Shown: one piece after another, positions 9,394 through 19,450 of the stretch | How positions within the stretch are numbered: the first letter of the stretch is position 1 | Layout: every line of letters begins with the position of its first letter | Assembly: GCF_000270205.1 (NCBI RefSeq) | Contig: NC_015913.1 | Coordinates: 570,001-602,000 of the forward strand | Source of the DNA: Candidatus Arthromitus sp. SFB-mouse-Japan | GTDB taxonomy: Bacteria > Bacillota > Clostridia > Clostridiales > Clostridiaceae | Direction: 5' to 3' | DNA: 32,000 nucleotides | The notes under the pieces: generated by a model | Databases searched by the model: none | What the model saw: the letters and a program-made list of their open reading frames with translations, nothing else | Told to the model about the DNA's origin: nothing | Position numbers and translations under genes: made by a program

Positions 9394-9801
9394 TTGGATA
9401 AATTATTGATACAAAATCTTATAGATAATGCACTAAAAGTTAGAGAAAAGGCATATGTTCCATATTCTAAGTTTCCTGTAGGAGCTAGTATTTTATTTAA
9501 AAATTTTGAAATATTTACTGGATGTAATATAGAGAATGCATCTCTAGGTGCTACTAATTGTGCCGAAAGAACTGCTGTATTTAAGGCAGTTTCTGAAGGC
9601 TATAAGGAGATACATGCAGTATGTGTTGTTGGATCTTTTTGTGATTTTACATATCCATGTGGAATATGTAGACAAGTTTTAGCAGAATTTGCTTTTGATA
9701 TGGATATTCCAGTAATTGTAGCTAAGAGCAAAGAAAATTATAGAGTACATAAATTAAGTGAAATTTTGCCATATGATTTTGGAATAAAAAATTTAGTTTA
9801 G
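9394..9801 (+). CDS. cdd: Cytidine deaminase
   Basis: Zinc-binding motifs CAERTA and PCGICRQ. The TTG start lies 8 nt after GGAGG (9381-9385). Confidence 0.9.
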   Translation: MDKLLIQNLIDNALKVREKAYVPYSKFPVGASILFKNFEIFTGCNIENASLGATNCAERTAVFKAVSEGYKEIHAVCVVGSFCDFTYPCGICRQVLAEFAFDMDIPVIVAKSKENYRVHKLSEILPYDFGIKNLV

Positions 9802-9821
9802 AAAGTATATGAGGTTGTTTA

Positions 9822-10706
9822 ATGCACAAATCTGGATTTGTAAGTATAGTTGGAAGGGCAAATGTTGGAAAGTCGACCTTACTTAATAATTTTATAAATC
9901 AAAAATTGAGTATTGTATCGAGTAAACCGCAAACTACGAGAAATAATGTAATTGGGATATTGAATAATGATGATTATCAAATAGTTTTTACAGATACTCC
10001 AGGGTATCATAAACCAAGGTATAAATTAGGAGATTACATGATAAAATCTATTTCTAGTGGTTTGAAAGAAACAGATGTTATTATTTTTGTAGCTAATATT
10101 AGGAAAGAAATTCCAAAACTTGATCTTGAAATTTTGGATAAGATAAAAGATTTAAGTATTCCAAGGATTTTTGTACTTAATAAGTGTGACGAAATAAGTA
10201 GCAAAGATATAATGGATACTTTATCCAAATATAGTAAGATTGTTAACTTTGATGAGTATATACCGATATCAGCACTTAATGGTAAAAATATTAATAAATT
10301 ATTAGAGTTAATATTGAAATATTTGCCTAATGGACCTAAATATTATGATAGTGATTGGACAGCTACTAATAATGAAAAATTTTTTATATCTGAGATTGTG
10401 AGAGAAAAGATTTTGAAACTTATACACGATGAGGTTCCTCATGGAGTAGGGGTTGAAATAATATCGATGAAATATGATGATCAAAAAAATAGATATAATA
10501 TTGAGGGGAATATTTTTTGTGATAAGGAAACTCATAAAGCTATAATAATTGGGAAAAATGGAGATATGTTAAAGAGGATATCGACTTATTCGCGTCAAGA
10601 TATGGAGAAATTTTTAGGTAGTAAAGTGTACATAAGATTGTGGGTTAAGGTTAGAAATAATTGGAGAGATGATAATAATCATCTTAAGAGTTTAGGATAT
10701 AAATAA
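9822..10706 (+). CDS. era: GTPase Era
   Basis: GTPase motifs G1 GRANVGKST, G3 DTPG and G4 NKCD, with a C-terminal KH domain. It sits in the conserved cdd-era-recO order. Confidence 0.95.
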   Translation: MHKSGFVSIVGRANVGKSTLLNNFINQKLSIVSSKPQTTRNNVIGILNNDDYQIVFTDTPGYHKPRYKLGDYMIKSISSGLKETDVIIFVANIRKEIPKLDLEILDKIKDLSIPRIFVLNKCDEISSKDIMDTLSKYSKIVNFDEYIPISALNGKNINKLLELILKYLPNGPKYYDSDWTATNNEKFFISEIVREKILKLIHDEVPHGVGVEIISMKYDDQKNRYNIEGNIFCDKETHKAIIIGKNGDMLKRISTYSRQDMEKFLGSKVYIRLWVKVRNNWRDDNNHLKSLGYK

Positions 10707-10711
10707 TTTTT

Positions 10712-10745
10712 AGGAAGTATTTAGTATGCTTCCTTTTTATTTTGT
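10712..10745 (+). terminator. Rho-independent terminator after era
   Basis: Hairpin AGGAAGTAT / ATGCTTCCT with a 5-nt loop, followed by TTTTTATTTT. Confidence 0.7.
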
Positions 10746-10838
10746 AGTGATATTTTAATTAAGATATAATGATTATATATGCTTTGAATTTGTTAATAGG
10801 AGGTGTAAATTTCATAAGTATTTTTATGAAGTTAAGAT

Positions 10839-11579
10839 TTGAAGTTAATTGATATAAGGGGTTTTGTATTAAAAGAGCAGACATATAAGGAAAATGATAA
10901 AATTGTATGGGTATTATGTGAAAATATAGGTAAGGTATCCATATTAGCAAAAAACGCTAAAAAAATGAAAAATTCAAAATTTATACTTACTCAACCATTT
11001 AGTTTGGTACAATTTACTCTCATTAAGGGTAAAAGTTTCTATTATATACAAGATGGATCACTTATTAAAAATGTAAATTTTATAAATAATGAGGATGTAA
11101 TCTTTTATCTTTCTTATTTTTTTGAATTATTAGATATTTGTTTTCAAGATAAAGATATTTTGGATACAAACTTTTTTAAAATTATAATGAAAACTTTTTT
11201 AGTATTGGAATCAAATAGTATGGACAAGGATCTAATGATGAGAATTTTTGAATTCAAATTATTAAATAAGTTAGGGTGTAGTATAGAATTTGAAAAATGT
11301 TATTATTGTTCGCAAAATTTAAAAGAAAGTATAGGATATTTTGATTTTACTTTTCAAAGTGTTGTATGTAATTCTTGCTCTAAATTAAAGGAGTTTAAGA
11401 TTGAAAATAGAATTATAAATATCATGAGATTTTTAAATAAAATTGATATGAGAAATATACCAAGGTTGAGCGTAACTAATAATGATATGAAATTGATTTT
11501 TGATTTTAATAAGATTTTGTTAGATCAAAATCTTATTAGAATGCCTAACAGTATAAAGTTTTTGGGAGGATATGAGTGA
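10839..11579 (+). CDS. recO: DNA repair protein RecO
   Basis: It has an N-terminal OB-fold-like region (IRGFVLKEQTYKENDKIV) and a Cys-rich zinc motif (CYYCS...CNSC), and sits after era. An in-frame stop at 10833-10835 forces use of the TTG at 10839. Confidence 0.8.
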   Translation: MKLIDIRGFVLKEQTYKENDKIVWVLCENIGKVSILAKNAKKMKNSKFILTQPFSLVQFTLIKGKSFYYIQDGSLIKNVNFINNEDVIFYLSYFFELLDICFQDKDILDTNFFKIIMKTFLVLESNSMDKDLMMRIFEFKLLNKLGCSIEFEKCYYCSQNLKESIGYFDFTFQSVVCNSCSKLKEFKIENRIINIMRFLNKIDMRNIPRLSVTNNDMKLIFDFNKILLDQNLIRMPNSIKFLGGYE

Positions 11580-12357
11580 TATGGGTGATAATTTATTGTT
11601 TCAGAATATGGAAATATTAAAAGAGAAATTTGGAGTTACTTATAAAGAGGCAAAGGAAGTTTTACAGAACAGTAATAACGATTTAATAGAAGCTTTGATA
11701 TATCTTGAGGAAAGGTATCCTATTAAAGAGTGTTGTTCAGTAAAGTCATATATTTTAGATTTTAAAAAGCGTTTGCTTGAATTATATGTTGAGGGCAGTA
11801 ATCAACGTGTTATCTTTAGTAAAGGTGGTAATGTGTTAATGGACATTCCTCTTACAGCATTTATAGTTGGATCATTTACATTTGTATTGTATCCTATACT
11901 TCTCCCTTTTAAGATAGGCGGTATATTATTATTTGATATACATGTTAAGGTTGTTGATAAATCAGGAAATGTTTATGATGTGAACTCAAATGTTAAACAA
12001 AGAGTAAATGATACGATATCGACATCTAAAGAGAAAATAAGTGATATTATTTCAAATGTAAATTTTAGAGCTAAAACAGATGATATTAAAACAAAAGCAG
12101 TTGAATTTGGTAAAAAAGCAATGGAAAATTTCAATGGTATTGTAGAAAACAAAATCGCTAGTACAATAAAAGAAAAGTCCTCAAATTATGCTAAATTTAT
12201 TTATGATGTTGAAAGTGATCAGATAACTAAAGAAGTTAATTACAATATAGATGGTGATAATGAAAATCATGATTTTATAGAGGTAACTGAGTTTATAGAA
12301 ACCTTAGAAAGTAAAGATAATGGAATAAAAACTGAAAAAACAGAGGAAAACGAGTAA
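11572..12357 (+). CDS. DUF4342-type protein with an N-terminal UBA/TS-N-like domain and an acidic C-terminal extension
   Basis: The N-terminus (LKEKFGVTYKEAKEVLQNSNNDLIEALIYLEE) resembles a UBA/EF-Ts N-terminal fold. It is followed by a DUF4342-like core with a hydrophobic stretch (IPLTAFIVGSFTFVLYPILLPFKIGGILLF). The start overlaps the recO stop by 8 nt. Confidence 0.65.
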   Translation: MSDMGDNLLFQNMEILKEKFGVTYKEAKEVLQNSNNDLIEALIYLEERYPIKECCSVKSYILDFKKRLLELYVEGSNQRVIFSKGGNVLMDIPLTAFIVGSFTFVLYPILLPFKIGGILLFDIHVKVVDKSGNVYDVNSNVKQRVNDTISTSKEKISDIISNVNFRAKTDDIKTKAVEFGKKAMENFNGIVENKIASTIKEKSSNYAKFIYDVESDQITKEVNYNIDGDNENHDFIEVTEFIETLESKDNGIKTEKTEENE

Positions 12358-12524
12358 AAATTTGCGATAAACTGGTTTTAATTTCTTAGAATAGTATATA
12401 TTTAAATAATTTAATTTATATACAATAATTGTGAAATAATGTATAATTAAGTAGGTTTTAGTCAAACATTAAATTATGCGCAGCAGTATAATTTTATTTC
12501 TTAAGAATAAAAGGAGTGAATTAA

Positions 12525-15152
12525 ATGTCTAAGAAGTATGTTTACCTTTTTAGTGAAGGTGATTCTTCGATGAAAAACCTTCTTGGGGGTAAAGGAGTTA
12601 ACCTTTGTGAAATGACAAAGATTGGAGTTCCAGTTCCTCAAGGGTTTATCGTAAGTACAGAAGCATGTAATCAATATTATGAAGATGGAAAAGTTTTAAC
12701 TTCAAGTATTGAGCAGGAAATTTATGAAACAATGAAAAAATTGGAATCCATAACTGGTAAGCAGTTTGGTGGAACAACTAATCCTCTATTAGTTTCAGTT
12801 AGATCAGGTGCTAGAGTTTCTATGCCTGGAATGATGGATACAATTTTGAATTTAGGATTAAATGATGAAGTTGTTGAAGTTATATCGAAGTCAACAAATA
12901 ATGAAAGATTTGCTTATGATTCTTATAGAAGATTTATACAAATGTTTTCAGACGTTGTTATGGGAATTGAGAAGAAAAGCTTTGAGAATTTAATGGATGA
13001 AATGAAAGAGAAAAAGGGCGTTAAACTTGATACTGAATTGGATGCTAATGACTTAAAGGAATTGGTAAAACAATTCAAGGATCACTATAAGAAAGAGAAA
13101 GGCGAAGATTTTCCAAGTGATCCTAAGAAACAATTAATTGAGGCAGTTGTTGCTGTATTTAGGTCATGGAATAATCCAAGAGCCATAGTTTACAGAAGAA
13201 TGAACGATTACCCTTCAAGTTGGGGTACAGCAGTTAATGTTCAAGAAATGGTATTCGGAAATAAAGGTGATCAATCCGGAACTGGAGTTGCTTTTTCAAG
13301 AAATCCATCTACAGGAGAAAACAAAATATTTGCAGAATATTTGATGAACGCTCAAGGTGAGGACGTTGTTGCTGGTATAAGAACACCAGAGCCAATTGAG
13401 ACATTAGAGAAAAGAAATCCTGCTATATATAAAGAATTTATGGATATAGTTGAAAAATTAGAAAAGCACTATAAAGATATGCAAGATATGGAATTTACGA
13501 TTGAAGAAGGAAAACTTTATTTCTTACAAACAAGAAATGGTAAGAGGACAGCTCAGGCGGCTTTAAAGATTGCGGTTGATTTAGTTGAAGAAAAATTAAT
13601 TAACAAAGAAGAAGCTATGCTAAAAGTTGAACCTAAGCAATTGGATACATTGTTACACCCTACATTTGATCTTCAAGTAATTAAAAATTCTACTCCAATA
13701 ACAAAAGGTCTTCCAGCATCACCTGGAGCAGCTACAGGTAAGATTGCATTTACGGCTCAAGAGGCTAAAGAAAGAGCTGGTAATGGAGAGCAAGTTGTAT
13801 TAGTTAGACTTGAAACATCTCCAGAAGATATTGAGGGAATGGTTGCAGCACAAGGTGTACTTACGGTAAGAGGAGGAATGACTTCTCATGCGGCTGTTGT
13901 TGCTAGAGGAATGGGAACTTGTTGTGTTGCAGGATGTGGTGATATAAAGATTGATGAAGATGCTAAATTATTAGAAGTTAATGGCAAAAAGTATACATCG
14001 AATGACTTCATATCTATAGATGGTTCTACTGGTAATGTATATGGAGAAAAAATTAAGACTGTTGCTCCAGAAATAAGTGGTTATTTTGAAATATTTATGA
14101 ATTGGGCAGATGAGATTAGATCTTTAAGAGTTCGTACTAACGCAGATACTCCAAAAGATGCTGAGCAAGCTGTGAAATTTGGGGCAGAAGGAATTGGATT
14201 ATGCAGAACAGAACATATGTTCTTTGAAGCTGACAGAATTCCAGTGGTTAGAGAGATGATAGTTTCTAAAACAGAGGAACAAAGAAGAGCTGCATTAGAC
14301 AAATTGTTGCCAATGCAGAGGAAAGATTTTGAAGGTCTTTATGAAGCTATGGAAGGTCATCCAGTTACAATAAGATTTTTAGATCCACCTTTACATGAAT
14401 TTTTACCACATAAAGATGAAGAAATAAAAGAGCTTGCTAACGAGATGGGGTTAACTTTTGATGATTTAAAAAATACTGTAGAGAGTTTACATGAGTTTAA
14501 TCCTATGATGGGTCATAGAGGATGCAGATTAAGTGTTTCATATCCTGAAATAGCTGAGATGCAAACTAGAGCAGTAATAGAGGCAGCAATAAATGTAAAT
14601 AAGGCGAAGGGATTAAACATAGTTCCTGAAATAATGATTCCACTAGTTGGTGAAATAAAAGAGCTTAAATATGTCAAGGACATTGTAGTTAAGACAGCGG
14701 ATAAAATAATGGAAGAAAAAGGTATTAAGTTAGAATACATGGTTGGTACGATGATTGAAATACCTAGGGCGGCTCTTACTGCTGATGAAATAGCAAAAGA
14801 AGCTGAGTTTTTCTCATTTGGTACAAATGATTTAACTCAAATGACTTTTGGATTTTCAAGAGATGATTCGGCTGCATTCTTAAATGATTACTATGATAAA
14901 CAAATTTATGAATCAGATCCATTTGCGAGAATTGATGAAAATGGTGTAGGACAGTTAGTTAAGATAGCTGTTGAAAAAGGAAAGAAAACAAGACCAAATA
15001 TTAAGCTTGGTATTTGTGGGGAACATGGAGGAGATCCATCATCTATAGAGTTTTGTCATAATACGGGATTGAATTATGTATCATGTTCACCGTTTAGAGT
15101 TCCTGTTGCAAGGCTTGCTGCGGCACAAGCTCAAGTTAAAAATAAAAGATAA
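12525..15152 (+). CDS. ppdK: Pyruvate, phosphate dikinase
   Basis: An 875-aa protein with the phospho-His/regulatory Thr motif GGMTSHAAVVARG, plus GLCRTEHMF and CGEHGGDP. RBS AAGGAG is at 12511-12516. Confidence 0.95.
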   Translation: MSKKYVYLFSEGDSSMKNLLGGKGVNLCEMTKIGVPVPQGFIVSTEACNQYYEDGKVLTSSIEQEIYETMKKLESITGKQFGGTTNPLLVSVRSGARVSMPGMMDTILNLGLNDEVVEVISKSTNNERFAYDSYRRFIQMFSDVVMGIEKKSFENLMDEMKEKKGVKLDTELDANDLKELVKQFKDHYKKEKGEDFPSDPKKQLIEAVVAVFRSWNNPRAIVYRRMNDYPSSWGTAVNVQEMVFGNKGDQSGTGVAFSRNPSTGENKIFAEYLMNAQGEDVVAGIRTPEPIETLEKRNPAIYKEFMDIVEKLEKHYKDMQDMEFTIEEGKLYFLQTRNGKRTAQAALKIAVDLVEEKLINKEEAMLKVEPKQLDTLLHPTFDLQVIKNSTPITKGLPASPGAATGKIAFTAQEAKERAGNGEQVVLVRLETSPEDIEGMVAAQGVLTVRGGMTSHAAVVARGMGTCCVAGCGDIKIDEDAKLLEVNGKKYTSNDFISIDGSTGNVYGEKIKTVAPEISGYFEIFMNWADEIRSLRVRTNADTPKDAEQAVKFGAEGIGLCRTEHMFFEADRIPVVREMIVSKTEEQRRAALDKLLPMQRKDFEGLYEAMEGHPVTIRFLDPPLHEFLPHKDEEIKELANEMGLTFDDLKNTVESLHEFNPMMGHRGCRLSVSYPEIAEMQTRAVIEAAINVNKAKGLNIVPEIMIPLVGEIKELKYVKDIVVKTADKIMEEKGIKLEYMVGTMIEIPRAALTADEIAKEAEFFSFGTNDLTQMTFGFSRDDSAAFLNDYYDKQIYESDPFARIDENGVGQLVKIAVEKGKKTRPNIKLGICGEHGGDPSSIEFCHNTGLNYVSCSPFRVPVARLAAAQAQVKNKR

Positions 15153-15160
15153 TTTTTAGA

Positions 15161-15194
15161 AAGCTGACTATTAATTTAGTCAGCTTTTATTTTA
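15161..15194. terminator. Hairpin terminator shared by convergent ppdK and the CotS-like gene
   Basis: Perfect 10-bp stem AAGCTGACTA / TAGTCAGCTT with a 6-nt loop, then TTTTATTTT. It overlaps the stop codon of the minus-strand gene. Confidence 0.8.
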
Positions 15195-16224
15195 TAGGTA
15201 TATTGAATTTAGAATTAATATATTTTTCAAATTCTTTGAGAAAGATTAATTGTCTCTTAATATCATCACAGGATTTATTTAAATTATTTTCATAGTCAAG
15301 TATTTCTTTATTTGTTAAATTATGATTAGCATAAAAATATAATTTTGATATTTTTAAAAATCTATATGGTAGGGATAAATAAGATAGTAAATATAGATAT
15401 TCATCTAAGTATATTGGGTTATTTGCATTATAATAATTTATAAATATTAGAGTATTTTCTATATCCCAAGGATTAGGAGAGTGTCTTAGATATCTTTTAA
15501 GAAAATATGCTAGATCAGATATAGAATAATTTATACAGCATCTGTCGAAATCTATTGGAACAACAGAATTGTCATTTATAATGATATTTTTATTTACATA
15601 ATCTCCATGACATAAACTAATATTTAGATTTTTAAAATTTATTATTAATGAGTATCTGTAAGACATAGTTGCTAAGTATAAGGAATCATCAAAATTATTT
15701 AAAAATATTTGTGAAAAATTATCATATTTAACTTTAGCTAATTCATCTATTTTATGTAGATCTTGAATATATTTGGCAAATTTTTGTTTAATATTAGACA
15801 AATTTATGGTTGGAATTGAGAATTTTATAAATTTAATTTTATCTGAGTTATAATGCATTTTAGCAATTATTTCAACGGCTTTTATACAATGATCAATTTT
15901 ATTATATAAAAGTTTAGTGCCGCTTATCCAATTGGTTAATATATAAATTTTGTTATCATATATTGTAAATGGTTTATTATTGATGGACTTAATAAAATAC
16001 GGAATTTTAAACTCATGTAATTTTAACCATTCTAAATATGAATAAATAAATAATATTTTTTGAATATTAAAGTACGTTTGTTTGAGACAAAATAATTTGT
16101 CGGAAGATTTTATTTTATATACAATTCTAGGTTTTTTTGATATTTTTTCTTTTATTTTTTCAATTTCATAAGTTTTAATATTAAAATTAGATAAAATATA
16201 GCTAAAATCTACATTTTTATACAT
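15187..16224 (-). CDS. CotS-family spore coat protein / APH-like phosphotransferase
   Basis: Kinase-fold motifs HGDYVNKN (catalytic loop) and IDFD (metal binding). The 345-aa size and overall layout are typical of the CotS/CotI/YutH family. Confidence 0.7.
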   Translation of the reverse strand: MYKNVDFSYILSNFNIKTYEIEKIKEKISKKPRIVYKIKSSDKLFCLKQTYFNIQKILFIYSYLEWLKLHEFKIPYFIKSINNKPFTIYDNKIYILTNWISGTKLLYNKIDHCIKAVEIIAKMHYNSDKIKFIKFSIPTINLSNIKQKFAKYIQDLHKIDELAKVKYDNFSQIFLNNFDDSLYLATMSYRYSLIINFKNLNISLCHGDYVNKNIIINDNSVVPIDFDRCCINYSISDLAYFLKRYLRHSPNPWDIENTLIFINYYNANNPIYLDEYLYLLSYLSLPYRFLKISKLYFYANHNLTNKEILDYENNLNKSCDDIKRQLIFLKEFEKYINSKFNIPIK

Positions 16225-16515
16225 ATATTGGTCCTTTTTAAATTAAATATATAAATAAGAATATTTTAAAAATCATTATATTATACATTATTTTTTAAAA
16301 ATATATTTTAAAGTTAGAAGGAAAATATATTTGAACAGAGAATATTAATATATGAGATATCACTAAATATTATTTTTTGTAGAAAAATGGAAAAAATAAT
16401 TTCATATTTTTTAATTAAAATTATTAATAGCGAATAATAATGTTAAAAGATGGAAAAATTAAAAAATAATTTATAATTCACACCCTTGGGTATAGTTTAT
16501 ATAAGGTAGTTATTA

Positions 16516-18303
16516 ATGAGAGTTTCTGATGATATTATAAGAGATATAGAAAATAGAAATGATATCGTTGATGTATTGAGTGAATATTTAACTTTTAAAA
16601 AAAGTGGAGATAATTATTTTGCTTTGTGTCCTTTCCATAGTGAAAAGAGTGGATCATTTGTTGCTTCTAGAAGCAAGCAGATATTTAAATGTTTTGGTTG
16701 TGGTGAAAGTGGAAATGTTATTTCTTTTATCATGAAATATAGAGGATTAGATTTTTTACAATCGTTAAATTTCTTGGCACAGCGTGTTGGTATTGCATTA
16801 GATTTTGATTCTAAAAAAATAAATTTAGATAAATATTATAGAATACTTAAGGATGCTGCAAGGTATTTTTATTTAAATCTAAAAAAAAATAACAATATTA
16901 AACAATATTTAATAAATAGAGGATTATCTGAATCTACCATTATTAAGTTTGGATTAGGATATGCTTTAAATGATTTTAAAGCATTAAGTATGTATTTAGA
17001 GCATAAAGGTCATAGAATAAGTGACTTGTTAGAATTAGGATTAGTTAATGAAAAAAATAAAATTGTATATGATCGTTTTATAAATAGAGTAATATTTCCT
17101 ATATTTGATGTTAATGGTAATGTTATAGGATTTGGAGGTAGAATTTTAGAAAATAGATTGCCTAAATATTTGAATTCCAAGGATAGCTGTGTATTTAAAA
17201 AAGGTAGTAATCTTTATGGATTAAACTTTTTAGTTAAAGATAGCATATCGTATGATTTTATTATTATTGTTGAAGGTTATTTGGATTGTATATCTTTGCA
17301 CAATAGTGGTATAAAAAATGTAGTCGCATCTTTGGGGACAGCTTTAACAATTGATCAGATTAAACTTATAAGTAAATATACGAATAAAATATATTTGTGC
17401 TTTGATATTGATGAGGCTGGTAAAAAAGCCACTGTTAGATCTTTTGATTTGTTTAAGGAATTTATTAGCGATAGCATAATTGAAGTTTATGTTATAGAGT
17501 TGTATGGTGTTAAGGATCCCGATGAATTTTTGAATAGGAATTCTATAGATGATTTTTGGAATTGTATTAATAACAGTAAGACATTAGTGGAGTATATATT
17601 GTTATATCATATGAAAAATTTAGATTTATCTAAAAATATAGACAAAAAAAAATATTTGCATATCGTAAAGAATATAATAGGACAATTAAGTATTGTTGAT
17701 AGAGATTATTATATAAAATTTATATCAGAGCATCTATCGATTAGAGAGGAATTAATTAAAGATTACTTAGGTAATAATTTTTCTAAATTTAAATTAGAAG
17801 GTTATGATATTGAAAATAATTGCATTGAAACTGCAATTATTAAGGCTGAAAGGCAATTATTAAATTTGATGTTAAATAAAGAATATTTAACATATATCTT
17901 AAATAATAATGTGGATGAGAACTTATTTTGCATAGAAGAACATAAAGAAGCATTTAAATTGATATGTAATTTTAATGGGAATGGATTTGATATAGTAGAT
18001 TATTTAAAGACTAAGTTAAATACCTATGAAGGAATTAAATTATTAATATATTTTAAAGAAAATATAGGAAATTACGATAATAACAATATTATTAGCCAAA
18101 TTGATGATTTTATAAGAGTTCTAAGAAATAATATAGTAGCTGATTTTAAAAGTAAAATTGCACATTTAATAAAGGAATATGAGTCTACATGTGATGAAGA
18201 TAAGTTTATAGAATATCTGAGTATATTGAATATGGTATCTAAACTGGAGAGAGATGGAAAATTATCAGATATTATAGATTTTATTAGTAATTTTAAGGTG
18301 TGA
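16516..18303 (+). CDS. dnaG: DNA primase
   Basis: CHC2 zinc finger ([11 protein letters not shown]...CFGCGESGN) and a TOPRIM region ([21 protein letters not shown]). It lies directly upstream of the principal sigma factor. Confidence 0.9.
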   Translation: MRVSDDIIRDIENRNDIVDVLSEYLTFKKSGDNYFALCPFHSEKSGSFVASRSKQIFKCFGCGESGNVISFIMKYRGLDFLQSLNFLAQRVGIALDFDSKKINLDKYYRILKDAARYFYLNLKKNNNIKQYLINRGLSESTIIKFGLGYALNDFKALSMYLEHKGHRISDLLELGLVNEKNKIVYDRFINRVIFPIFDVNGNVIGFGGRILENRLPKYLNSKDSCVFKKGSNLYGLNFLVKDSISYDFIIIVEGYLDCISLHNSGIKNVVASLGTALTIDQIKLISKYTNKIYLCFDIDEAGKKATVRSFDLFKEFISDSIIEVYVIELYGVKDPDEFLNRNSIDDFWNCINNSKTLVEYILLYHMKNLDLSKNIDKKKYLHIVKNIIGQLSIVDRDYYIKFISEHLSIREELIKDYLGNNFSKFKLEGYDIENNCIETAIIKAERQLLNLMLNKEYLTYILNNNVDENLFCIEEHKEAFKLICNFNGNGFDIVDYLKTKLNTYEGIKLLIYFKENIGNYDNNNIISQIDDFIRVLRNNIVADFKSKIAHLIKEYESTCDEDKFIEYLSILNMVSKLERDGKLSDIIDFISNFKV

Positions 18304-18325
18304 TTGTAGGAAGGAGGACAATTCT

Positions 18326-19399
18326 GTGAAGGATAATAGTTATGTTATGTCTGTCTTAAAGGGTTTGTTAACTAAAGGGAAAGAGTCAGGCGGATTATTA
18401 TCCAAAGACATAATGGATGAATTAGAGGATGTAGATTTAACCCCAGAACATGTTGAAAAGCTGTATATGGCTTTAGATAAAATGGGAATAGAAGTGGTAG
18501 ATAATTTTTCTAATGAATTTGTTGAGGATTTGGATTTAAATTCTGTAATACCTGAAGGTATTACAATGGATGATCCTGTTAGAATGTATTTGAAAGAAAT
18601 AGGAAGTGTTCAACTTCTTACATCAGAAGAAGAAATTTTGTTGTCTAAGAAGATAAAGCAGAATGACACGACTTCTAGAATAGCTAGAAAGAAATTGGCA
18701 GAGGCAAATTTAAGATTAGTTGTTAGTATTGCTAAGAGATATGTAGGTAGGGGAATGCTTTTTTTAGATCTAATACAGGAGGGTAATTTAGGGTTAATAA
18801 AAGCTGTGGAAAAGTTTGATCATACGAAGGGATTTAAATTTAGTACTTATGCTACATGGTGGATTAGACAATCTATAACTAGAGCAATTGCAGATCAGGC
18901 TAGAACTATTAGGATTCCTGTTCATATGGTAGAAACTATTAATAAATATACAAGAGTATCTAGGCAGTTATTACAAGAATTAGGAAGAGATCCGCTGTCT
19001 GAAGAAATAGCAAAAGAAATGAATATGCCTGAAAATAAGGTAAGGGATATTCGTAAGATTGCTCAAGAGCCAGTATCATTAGAAACTCCCATTGGTGAAG
19101 AAGAGGATAGTCATTTAGGAGATTTTATTCCTGATGATGATGCACCAGCACCTGCTGAAGTAGCTGCATTTACTTTATTGAAGGAACAATTAATGAATGT
19201 TTTAGATACTTTAAGTGCTAGAGAGAAGAATGTATTAAAACTTAGGTTCGGATTAGATGATGGGAGGGCTAGAACCTTAGAAGAAGTAGGTAAGGAGTTT
19301 AAAGTTACTAGGGAAAGAATTAGACAAATAGAAGCCAAGGCTTTAAGAAAATTGCGTCATCCAAGCAGGAGTAAAAAGTTAAAAGATTATCTGGAGTAG
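18326..19399 (+). CDS. rpoD: RNA polymerase principal sigma factor (sigma A / RpoD)
   Basis: Region 2 ([29 protein letters not shown]), region 3, and region 4 ([30 protein letters not shown]) are all present. The GTG start lies 8 nt after GGAGG (18313-18317). Confidence 0.95.
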   Translation: MKDNSYVMSVLKGLLTKGKESGGLLSKDIMDELEDVDLTPEHVEKLYMALDKMGIEVVDNFSNEFVEDLDLNSVIPEGITMDDPVRMYLKEIGSVQLLTSEEEILLSKKIKQNDTTSRIARKKLAEANLRLVVSIAKRYVGRGMLFLDLIQEGNLGLIKAVEKFDHTKGFKFSTYATWWIRQSITRAIADQARTIRIPVHMVETINKYTRVSRQLLQELGRDPLSEEIAKEMNMPENKVRDIRKIAQEPVSLETPIGEEEDSHLGDFIPDDDAPAPAEVAAFTLLKEQLMNVLDTLSAREKNVLKLRFGLDDGRARTLEEVGKEFKVTRERIRQIEAKALRKLRHPSRSKKLKDYLE

Positions 19400-19426
19400 C
19401 TTTGTTTCGGCTACTCTTTTATTTTT
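19394..19426 (+). terminator. Rho-independent terminator after rpoD
   Basis: Stem GAGTAGC / GCTACTC with a 9-nt loop, followed by TTTTATTTTT. The 5' arm includes the stop codon. Confidence 0.6.
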
Positions 19427-19450
19427 AAATTAGTAAGAAGGAATTATATT

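Noticed and set aside
12525-15152. PEP synthase (PpsA) as an alternative call for the 875-aa enzyme.
   Set aside because: The length, the N-terminal ATP-grasp sequence, the GGMTSHAAVVARG centre and the C-terminal CGEHGGDP motif match pyruvate, phosphate dikinase rather than the ~790-aa PpsA.
16225-16515. Direct repeats (TGGAAAAA...AAAAAATAATTT) and tiny ATG-initiated frames in the cotS-dnaG divergent intergenic region.
   Set aside because: The repeats are low-complexity A/T runs of the kind expected by chance. The mini-frames are 4-16 codons with no RBS. I could not define a convincing -35/-10 pair either, so no feature is called.
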